46,575 nucleotides of DNA from Vitrella brassicaformis CCMP3155 (Eukaryota > Protista > Chromerida), in contig CDMY01000591.1 in NCBI GenBank assembly GCA_001179505.1, forward strand, positions 1-46,575. Reading direction: 5' to 3'. Both the position numbers and the translations under genes were made by a program. The notes under the pieces were generated by a model. That model was not told the origin of the DNA and did no database searches. It saw only the letters and a list, made by a program, of their open reading frames with translations. Positions 36,943 through 46,575 of the stretch are shown here, in pieces; the first letter of the stretch is position 1; every line of letters starts with the position of its first letter.

Positions 36943-37119
36943 ACATTCTACGGTAAGGCATGCAGGGAACCATGCATATGCAGGCAGGGGGATGCAAACA
37001 AACTGTGTGTATCACTCACTCACATCAACGGCTCTGTGCGTCGGTCCTTCAGGTCTGCGTGGCGCGTCTGTGAGTGAATTGTCGGGCCTTACGCTGCGCT
37101 GTGCATCCGGCTTCCCGAT

Positions 37120-37381
37120 ATGCTCCGATATGCCGGCCGGTGCTGCGATGCCGTCATTGACGCGCACAACAAACTCGCTGACACATCCTTCCCATGGTGA
37201 GTGAGGCAATGGATGGATGACGCACTTGGATCCATCTGTGTGTGTGCAGGTTCCCCTTTCTGTGCTTTCGTCCGTCTTCTCCTGCGGAGCCGATCAAGTT
37301 GATTACCACGGTGCTGATGGCGCCGTGCTTCGCACTCCTGTTCAACGCACTCATGACCCTTTACAGGTGCGTCCAGACACA

Positions 37382-37413
<32 letters not shown>

Positions 37414-37650
37414 TGAGTGTGTGTGGATGGATGGATGGATGGCATGACATGCAGTGTGTTTCTGTATCGGCATCCCTTCTCTCTCGAGTCAACGGCCATC
37501 GCGTACCTCTATTGGTGTTTGGGCTTTCTGGTGTGGTTCAACATATGCACGCGGCCGCTGTGGAACATCAGGGCGTACCGCTTACTGAGGGGGGACAGCG
37601 GCGGGGAGCTGCTGGAAGAACAGCAGCAAGTGGATGACGAACGGGCATGA
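37120..37650 (+). CDS. Small probable membrane protein, 3 exons
   Basis: MLRYAGRCCDAVIDAHNKLADTSFPW|FPFLCFRP...LITTVLMAPCFALLFNALMTLYS|VFLYRHPF...AIAYLYWCLGFLVWFNIC...*, with two hydrophobic segments and GT-AG introns filled with GT/CA repeats. Confidence 0.5.
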
Positions 37651-40239
37651 GTCATGCGATGCGTGTGTGTAGATCTCTCCGGCGTTGACTCATTTCCAAG
37701 TATGTGTTGACTGACATGCATGTATCGATCACTTTCTTTTGTCTCCTATGTACAGAACGAACAATGATTGACTGACATGAACCATGGCATGCATGGCATC
37801 TGGTCAACAAAGAGCGAGGCGCAACAGACACAGAGAGAAGGAAGGAAGGGTCGTAGACATAGAGGTGTGGATTTCCACACAGAGGCCGGGCACATGTGTC
37901 TCTGTCTCTCTCTCTCTCGCACTCTGTCTCTCGCTTTGCTTTGTGTGTGCGCACGTAGAGGAGCCCCAACCACCCCATAATCAGACCCACGCACACACAC
38001 ACATGCGCATGACGGCTACTGTCTGTCTTTGTGGCAACGACACACACAACGCGCAAGGCAAGAGTGGCAGCTGCTGTCTATCAGAAGGCATGTAGTCAGA
38101 CACAGAGGCACACTGGACGGAGACTGTCGCACCCACCAGCCCAGACAAGACTATCGCTTGTACTTCTGCATGATCTCTCTGATCTCCATAACATCTTAAC
38201 GTCTTTCCGTGTCTGTCATAAGATGAGATGAGCGCATGACTCGACCCATCGATGTCAAATAAATAGGTTCTCTTTGATTGATGTCCAGTAGAGCACCAAC
38301 AAAGAAGCGGCCGAGCAGGAGCCATGAGTGAAGCAGAAAGACCCGTCCGTGTGTGTATACTCTTCGTGCGTCCGCAGGCGATGAACGAACGACACACACG
38401 GATGACAAGAGAGGGAGACAGTCCATCCACGCATCCAGCCGGCCACTGTGGTGTCTGTCTGTGAGATGCTCGACGGCCACCGCACAGAGAGAGCGATGAT
38501 CAACACTCTGTGTGAGAGGTGGCGGGCGGCAAGTCTACAGTCAGCACACCGACACCACACCGGGAAGCAAACAGACCTCTCTCACACACTCGTGTGCGCC
38601 CATCCCATCTCTCTCTCCTTCCCACCCAGAGAGTACCAGACACACCCACTCATGGAATCATCACATGGAATCATCACACTGCACTGTCGCGTGTGTGTCC
38701 ATTTCCTTCTGTGAGCATCTGTGTCACCGCCCGGCAACCAAAGCACCGACACCCATGGAGAGCGACAGACAGACAGACAGACAGACAGGGAAACTGAGAG
38801 GGACACAGACACATGGACCAAAGGAATGGCTCACAGCAAAAGTGCTGATCGGTCGTGTGGCCGCATGAGAACTATTGATGTGTGTCAGTCCGTCCATCCC
38901 CCCTCTCTCTTGGTGTGCATCTCGGCAGCCGCCCGGCCATCAAAGAGCGACAGACACAGCCACATGCTGCCACTCTCAGGTTCCCAGAGACACTAAGATG
39001 CCCTCAAAGGGATAGAGAGGGGGGGAAGACACACGAACGCAAACCTCACACGATGCTATGCAGAACACAGCTGGCGAACACCACATAGACACCCAGCCAG
39101 GCGATCAGACAGATCCATATGTGTGTGTGCGTCGGCCTGTCTGTCTGTCTGTCTTGTCTGTCTGTGAGCCGCCCGTGTGTGACGGATGCATCGACGAGAG
39201 ATCAACACACTCTCGCCAACAACCGTCACACACAGGAGTATGACAGCCAGTCGGCAGCCCAAACACCGCCCCACACAGCGATTCTCTGTGCAGCCAATCA
39301 CATGGACACACAAAAGCGTCAGTTCATTTGGCGATGCGCCAGGCACCCAGCCACCCGTCGGCACAGAGAGAGAGAGAGAGAGAGGCACACCCAAAAGCAC
39401 CAACACCTGACTGACATGGGCTGATGCTCTTGTGTTGTGTTGGTGAGTGGTAATTCAGATGCCCACACCACAAAGAGAGGGAGGGACACACGCATCTTCG
39501 AAGCACAACAACACACGATAGATACCATCTACAGCACCGGCGGACAGACAGACAAAGACACATCGCATCCAGCGCTCACAGCGATGACATGCACTCGTGT
39601 GAGATCGATGCCAATCATCAGCCACCGATCACGTCCAACAAACGGAACACCAACAAAAGCACCACACGCAGTCATCGGTGTGGTCCGCCAAAGGGACAAA
39701 ATGCGCGTCGGTCTGTGTGGCCATAAAAGCGTGACACTCAGACGGACGGACGGCAAAAGGACACGTCCCCTACTGCCTTATTTCGTGGGATGGGTAAGCA
39801 GCCGTGTGTGTGTCCATTTCCCTCTGTGGGCATCTCTGTCGCCACCCGGCAACCCCAAAGCACCAACACCGCACATGGGCTGATACTCGAGGGTTGCCAG
39901 AAGGACAAAGAGATGCCCACAAATGGGAGAGATGCCCACAGGTGCCCACAAAGGGAGAGGGGAGGACACAGTATGGTTGACGAAGGAAGAAACCCAGGCA
40001 AACAAGACATTGACTGCAGCAGCGGTCAATACCAGACAGGGCACAGCTGGCGAGAAGGAAACACTCTCTCCGATCGTCAGCATACAGACAGGCCGGGAGA
40101 GAGCCGGGCACACGCAGGAAAGCCACGCCAGATACCAGACAGACACAAGACATCTCACAGGAACAGAACTCTCTCTGTCTCTTTCCCGCCCACTCGAATG
40201 GCACAGAGCTCGCGAAAACAGAACACCCTTCCAATCAGC

Positions 40240-41243
40240 CGAACGGACAGATGTCTGTCTGTCTGTGAGCCGCCCGTGTGTGACGGATGCACCGACAAGA
40301 GATCAATGACACTCTCGCGAACATCCCTCACACACAGAACTGTAACAGACAGACGGCAGCCCACACACCGCCCCAGACAGCGATTCTCTGTGCAGCCAAT
40401 CGGCCAATCGTCCCCTTCTCTGTCTGTCTGTTCTCCAGTGACGGCTGCCTGTCGAGCATCAGCCGACACGCTGAAGAGTGTAAGCAAGAGAAGCATGACG
40501 ATGCACAGACCGAGACCTTTGTATGAGAGCCCACTGACAAAGCGACCAACACACGACAGCCACGCAGCCAGCACTATGAGTCACAGTTGTGCCTTTGCCT
40601 TTCCTTTGTGTGCCCGACGTGTGCGGTGTCAGTCTGTCTGCCAGACACCATACGGCCACCGCACACACAGAGTGATGATCAACACTCACTGTGTCAGGTA
40701 GCCATGAGACAAGTGACAGCCAGCGCACCGACACACGCAGACACAGCACATCGCAGCACCACAGCACCGAACAGAATTACTCTGTCTCTCCCTCAATTGT
40801 GCCATCTCTCTCTCTTCCATCACACACCCAGTAGAAAGCCACACGAGATGTGACAATGCACCTTCCTCCAGCCAGACTGACAAGCTCACATACAAACCAC
40901 GGCAGCCATCCCTTTACTCAGGACGGCACAATGAAGGCACCGCCGCGACACACAAAGAGGAAACGCCCACGAGAGAGACAAAGCGATTCAGTTTCAGTTA
41001 AGTCGAGTCAGTCAGTCGTCGACACATCGGCCGACACACCACACACACACACACGAGCAGCACTCAGCGGCCATCGTCAGTCGTCAAACCCGCCAGCCAA
41101 CCACACCTGCACGCCACACAAACCACAGACAGACATACAGACAGACAGTCGGCTGACTCTTTCCTGTCGTGTGTCACATCCCTCCCATCTGTGTGTGTGT
41201 GTGTGTCTGCCTGCGCACCGCACTGTCGCACCGCTGCGGTGTT
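40240..41243 (+). repeat. Left arm of ~1-kb inverted repeat
   Basis: Aligns to the reverse complement of ~44667-45700. The ORF track shows the same peptide on opposite strands (40850+ and 45135-). Confidence 0.9.
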
Positions 41244-43337
41244 CGAGTGCAGTCGGCGGTAAGTCAGCCACCTCGACGCCCTCAGCGGCAGACAGACAGA
41301 CAGACAAACAGCTGCAGCACACGGAGCAGAGCGGCGGTCTGACATCATGGCGATGCTCGAGGTGTCCCTCACTGACCTGACTGACTCGCCACGTGTGTGT
41401 GCGTCTGTGTAGCCGACCTCAGCTGACAATTAAGGCAAAGTGGACGCTAAAGGACGACGGACAGATCTCAGCACACAGCACAGCCGCCAGGAGGGCTCCG
41501 CACCGAACCGAAAGAGCCGGAGGGTTTGACGAGGGGTCAAAGGGTTTGTTACCCTACAGCCCCATTCCCGAGAGGCCAAAGTGCGGCGTTTGTGCGCCTT
41601 GTAGGACAGCTGCGCGTGCTTCGCTCCCAGGGAGAAAATGGGTGGCAATTGGAGCAATCATCAAATATATCCCGAGACGATATGGCTGCGGTGGAGCACC
41701 CAGACCACGGTGTGGGGTGTGGAATATCCACAGGGGACAGTGCTAGAGTTCAAGAAGGACCTCCTGGACAACCAACTGCGATACGCGGTGCGTAGCAACG
41801 ACACACACACACACACACGCACACTGTTCCGCGCAGGCAGATATAATATGTTCGTGTCTTGTCTGTCTGTCGTTGCCACCACCTCGCACAGGGCTACTTG
41901 TCGGCAGAGGACATTCAGTTCGGTGGCTGTGATCCCGTGAGCGACAGCAGGCCAGCACTTGAAGCGTTTGACAGTCGAGGTGAGCGGGAAGCGGACCCTC
42001 TGGTGATTCTGGTCCCCTTTGGACCGATGCCAAAGAGCTACAGTACTACGAAATGTTTGTCGACGGTAATTCAGAGCCACGTGGGCGGATTCAGGATATG
42101 CATGCCTATGTGTGAGTGGTGGTTGGTTGGTCTGCTCAGATGCGACTCCCGTGGAGGGGTCAGCACAATCAGGTGGGCGAACACTGCAGATGTGTAGAAT
42201 CAATGACACACACATACACACGTCTTTAGCCGTTCATCCCTTGTGATTGGTTGCCGATCGGTGTGTGTGTGTGTGTGTGTGTTTTGGTCTGGGGCAGCCA
42301 CAGTGACGCCGATGGCGCCTGGAGACGAGTTGGTCCAACGACCGCGACCTAATCAGACAACGATGTCGGTTCCCCCTGTGTCCAGTGCCCGCGAGGGCAG
42401 CCAGGAAGTCGACCATGCGGCAACACACAGCAAAGGTGCGTGACGTGACTGACACGACACATATCCTACACACATTTATGTGTGTGAGATCGATCGCTCT
42501 GTCCTGTCCGTGTGTGTGCATAGGTCCGGTGAAGGATGCCTGACTGTTCGTTCTGTCTGTGCTCCGGATCCTGACATAGGCGTCATGGGCAAGCGGATGT
42601 GAGCCTAGCCTGGTCGATGTGCCTGTTGTTTTGCACGGCTATTGATTGCTTGTTTGATAAGATGAAGGGGGAGTAGCAGTGTTCTCATTAGGTACCTGCA
42701 GGATACTGCGCTCGCAACTCTTTCTCTGTTGGGTCTCTTCCTTCCATGTGTGTCACGACGTGTGTCGTGTGTGGCAGTGCTGTGCTGTGTGGGTGGCGAC
42801 ACACGTGCGATGGGCGGTGTCCTCAGGTAGTATCTGAACGCCTCTTTCTTTGTAACGTGCATGACCTGGAGAAGACAAGGAAGGACACACAGAGAAGACA
42901 AGGAAGGACACACAGACAGACCGACACAGAAGAGAACAGCAAGTGTGTGGATGACCATCGTGCGATGCAGCGCTGTGTGTTATGACCGAATCAACCCCAC
43001 CAGAACGAACGAATGAATGACACAGAGAGCCTTTCTTTCGTTGCGTCACATCGACTGGATGTTATTATGTACGCTGTTTATGATAGAGTATGAGTAGCCT
43101 CGTGTGTGTGCGTCTGCTCAACCCATCGACATGACATCCGCACGGCCATCGGGTTGAGTGTGGATCAGATTGGTGTGTTTGATTGAAAGGCCACGCACAC
43201 ATTGTGTGGTGTGGCTGTATTAGTGGGTGGGTGTTGAAGGCGCACAGACAGACAGACAGACGAGATGGTGATGAACGGAGTGATGGGTGGATGGACAGAC
43301 ACTGATTGGAGGGCATAGTGTTGCACGCAGCAACCGT

Positions 43338-43370
43338 GGGGGTTAGGGTTTGAAACCCTACCCTAACCCC
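43338..43370. repeat. Interstitial head-to-head telomere-like sequence GGGGGTTAGGGTTT-G-AAACCCTACCCTAACCCC
   Basis: Read directly: a G-strand repeat abuts a C-strand repeat; inner palindrome TAGGGTTT-G-AAACCCTA. Confidence 0.75.
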
Positions 43371-44666
43371 TCGGCCTTTCTGACCACTGCACGAGATCCT
43401 CTCGCTTCTTTTCTTGTGGTCGGCCGACCCACGAGATGCTTCCACGTGTGACACGCCGATGACGGCTGCTTGTCGTCTGTCTGTGTGTGGTGTGCTGCAG
43501 GCGTCGTGTGGTGTGTGCGGTGGGGCGGTGGGGCGGTGGGGCGGTGGTTGGCGACGACACTGCAATCCAACAACTGGTACGCAGAGAGAGATGGACAAAC
43601 ACACACGTGTGTGCAGATGTCTGTACCACACACTGTTCTTCCTCAGATCTGATCCGCGGCGATGAAGGGAAGGAGGAAAAGAGCCAGAAAGAGAAGCGAA
43701 GATCAAGAGATCACATCCAAGTTGAGCCAAGGAGGCCAAGGGCGAAGATGAGGACAAGTATGTCTGCTCGCGAAGCTGACGGGGACACGGGGGAAACAGC
43801 ACAGGTCGGCCGCAGTGGGTCACGGAAGAGGGGAAGAGTATCTGCGGTAGTTGTTTACTTGCTCTTCAGGCGTCGAACAGATGCTCGCTGCCCGACTCAG
43901 GACCGAGTAAGGCGACGCGCACACGCACACACGGGCAATACGTCTGTCTGTCTTCGGTTTGCTGTCAATCAGCTGCCACACATCATTACACAAGCGATGC
44001 GCGTGCACCGCTTCCCCCCTCCGTTGTAGAGATGGCAAGGGTATGCGTCATCTGCCAATGCATCGTGTGCAGGTCCGCATGTCGCCTGTGTGTGTGAGCA
44101 TCGGTGGCAGGCGTCGATTCGTCGTAGCGAAGAGCATCTTTTGCGCTTCGACGAAGCGCGGGAACGACTTGCCCAGTGGGTGCTGGACGGAATCGATCAT
44201 CAGCCTCAGTGTATGTACGTGTGTGTGCGCGTGTGTGTGCGTGTGTGTAGGAGCCCTCTCGGCCGCGTACTGAGGTTCCTCTCAATATGGGAGCCCCATT
44301 ACAACGGGTCTCTGGCTAGGTCCCGCTGTTGCGAAGACAGGCCGTGCGGGCCAAGGCGAGGTGCCTTACAGACGAGTACCGACGAGCCATGCCGGCACTG
44401 ACACAAGGCAGCAGGATCAGCGAGGAGAAGGTCTTCGTGTTCGGCTGATTCGTGACGACACGTGAGTGAGAATGTTCCCTTTGTGCCTTTTTTACGGAGT
44501 GCCTGTGCAAGGCAAGGGCAGTCGACTGATCGGGAAGGGCGGGGGGGCGATCGAGTAAGTACATACAGATCGGGTGTAAGCCTGTTGCACGATGGATGCA
44601 TCAAGTAAGTTGGAGTGACGACTGACTCATATCCGTGTGCATGTCAACCTTTATATCAAATTGTCA

Positions 44667-45700
44667 ACACCGCGGCGGTGCACAGGCAGACAGACAAACA
44701 GACACAGACACACAGACACACACAGACACACACAGACACACACAGACACACACACACACAGACACACACGCACACAGATGGATGGATGGATGGATGTGAC
44801 ACACGACAGCACAGAATCAGCCGACTGTCTATCTGTCTGTCTGTCTGTCTGTCTGTGTGTGGTTTGTGTGGCGTGCAGGTGTGGTTGGCTGGCGGGTTTG
44901 ACGGCTGACGATGGCCGCTGAGTGCTGCTCGTGTGTGTGTGTGTGGTGTGTCGGCCGATGTGTCGACGACTGACTGACTCGACTTAACTGAAACTGAATC
45001 GCTTTGTCTCTCTCGTGGGCGTTTCCTCTTTGTGTGTCGCGGCGGTGCCTTCATTGTGCCGTCCTGAGTAAAGGGATGGCTGCCGTGGTTTGTATGTGAG
45101 CTTGTCAGTCTAGCTGGAGGAAGGTGCATTGTCACATCTCGTGTGGCTTTCTACTGGGTGTGTGGTGGAAGAGAGAGATGGCACAATTGAGGGATAGACA
45201 GAGTGATTTGGTTCGGTGCTGTGGTGCTGCGATGTGCTGTACCTGTGTGTGTCGGTGTGCTGGCTGTCTCCAGGCAGTTGGTCACCAGACACAGTGAGTG
45301 TGGATCCTCACTCTCTGTGTGCGGTGGCCATCGGGGCTATGACAGACAGACTGACACACACAAACAAAGAAGCTTGAGTGAATTCTTTCAGTTCTTTGTG
45401 TTTTCCTGCCTTGCATCGGTCTGTGCATCGTCATGCTTCTGTTGCTTACACTCCTCAGCGTGTCGGCTGATGCAGAGAGGAGACAAGACAGACATAACAG
45501 GAGAGTCAACAGACAGACAGACAGAGAAGAGGACGATTGGCTGATTGGCTGCACAGAGAGTCGCTGTGTGGAATGATGTCTGGGCTGCCGTCTGTCTGTG
45601 CGATGTCATTGGGTGACGTTTGTTGGCGAGAGTGTGTTGATCTCTCGTCGGTGCATCCGTCACACACGGGCGGCTCACAGACAGACAGGCATGCCGACAC
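44667..45700 (-). repeat. Right arm of ~1-kb inverted repeat
   Basis: Core 44858-45164 is the reverse complement of 40821-41127, with two mismatches by eye. Confidence 0.9.
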
Positions 45701-46439
45701 ACACACATACCGATCTGTCCGTTCGACTGATTGGGAAGACAGAGAGTGATCTGCTGTCGCCAGTCGTGGGTGGTCTCATGTGGTCTTTTCCTGCGTATGT
45801 GTGTCCACTCTCGGAAATGGACAGACACGCGACAGTGTGATGATCCCATGTCGACAGACAAAGTGACACATATGAGTGAGTGTATGCATGGGTGCGCCCC
45901 TCTTTCTATCGGGCGCTGGATGTCGTTTCCCTTTGCGGTGTGCATCGTGTGTCGGTGTGCTGACTGTCAGATGAGGGATGACCAGCTTACACAGTGAGTG
46001 TTTATCTTCACTCTCTGTGTGTGGTCGCCATCCAGCATGTCACAGACTGACACACAAACGGATGACTGGACAGGACACATATCGTAGGAACCTGTGCTCA
46101 ATCATTCAACCCCGGTGTTGACGACACGGAACAGATGCAGTTTCATTCACACAATAAAATGCGTCTTGTCATGTCAATACTCGCGCAGCACATGACAGCC
46201 AAGAAAAATCCCAACAAAAATCGTCTCGGCGCGCCGTACCAGTTGTTTATACGACTTATTGTTCTCAGGTGGCATGATGTATGTTCTCATCCAAGCCTCT
46301 TCCCATGAATTAGCAATGTAAGTTGACTCTTTTTTTCATTTCTATTTGTGAATTTTTTAAATTACTCCTTCGATTTTTTCCGGCGATCCCTTTAAGGTTG
46401 CTCGCGGCCTGAAATAGAATAGCAATTCTTTGTCGCGAA

Positions 46440-46491
46440 AAACGCGCTCATCACATCACCGAGGGATTAGGGTGATGTGATGGGCGCGTTT
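46440..46491. repeat. 21-bp inverted repeat (hairpin) abutting the telomere
   Basis: AAACGCGCTCATCACATCACC (46440-46460), loop GAGGGATTAG, GGTGATGTGATGGGCGCGTTT (46471-46491). One mismatch, which is a T-G pair on the + strand. Confidence 0.9.
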
Positions 46492-46575
46492 AGGGTTTAG
46501 GGTTTAGGGTTTAGGGTTTAGGGTTTAGGGTTTAGGGTTTAGGGTTTAGGGTTTAGGGTTTAGGGTTTAGGGTTT
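46489..46575 (+). repeat. Telomeric array (TTTAGGG)12 + TTT, right chromosome end
   Basis: Twelve perfect heptamers run to the end of the window, G-rich strand 5'->3' outward; Arabidopsis/Toxoplasma-type repeat. Confidence 0.97.

Larger units (their letters stand above)
37700..46080. repeat. Subtelomeric mosaic of CA/GACA-rich repeat modules in direct and inverted orientation
   Basis: Module A (TCTGTGAGCCGCCCGTGTGTGACGGATGCA...) at ~39155-39302, ~40255-40400, inverted ~45540-45690. Module B (GGCCACCGCACA...GATCAACACTC) at ~38474, ~40653, inverted ~45283 and ~45988. Module C (...GTGTCCATTTCC...) at ~38670, ~39803, inverted ~45803. Confidence 0.85.

Noticed and set aside
43343-43351. Minus-strand AAACCCTAA as a telomerase RNA template
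   Set aside because: The sequence fits a TTTAGGG template but would be paired with the opposite arm, and I see no type-3 Pol III promoter or terminator nearby. It cannot be supported without a covariance-model search.
37700-46000. Dozens of ORFs rich in HT/TH, CV/VC, DR/QT and SL runs
   Set aside because: They are translations of (CA)n, (GT)n, (GACA)n and (CT)n microsatellites, open on both strands and without domain motifs.
1-46575. rRNA, tRNA, snRNA, spliced-leader genes and CRISPR arrays
   Set aside because: No recognisable conserved sequence, cloverleaf or repeat-spacer periodicity seen by eye.

Overview
Intron-rich, GC-rich eukaryotic DNA that ends in a right-hand chromosome end: (TTTAGGG)12 at 46489-46575. 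Short introns packed with (CA)n/(GT)n, (GACA)n and (GGAT)n microsatellites, a bipartite plastid-type presequence, BTB-like/TLDc and kinase-ankyrin families suggest a chromerid alveolate such as Vitrella (inference). 1-10.4 kb: three BTB-like/TLDc paralogs, a small unknown gene, a probable plastid-targeted protein and a CCHC zinc-knuckle (AIR1/2-like) gene. 10.4-16.7 kb: two 300-N gaps, a fragment of an RLE-type LINE, and a near-full-length CRE-like RLE retrotransposon bounded by a 14-bp direct repeat. 16.7-37.7 kb: a RA-like/PH/split RGS-like gene, a TKL kinase with ankyrin repeats, a four-domain EEEE voltage-gated Ca2+ channel, a coiled-coil protein and a small membrane protein. 37.7-46.5 kb: a subtelomere built as a degenerate nested inverted duplication, with a head-to-head interstitial telomeric palindrome in the spacer and a 21-bp hairpin whose right arm runs straight into the telomere. 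All exon structures and alignments were done by eye; no database search was run.
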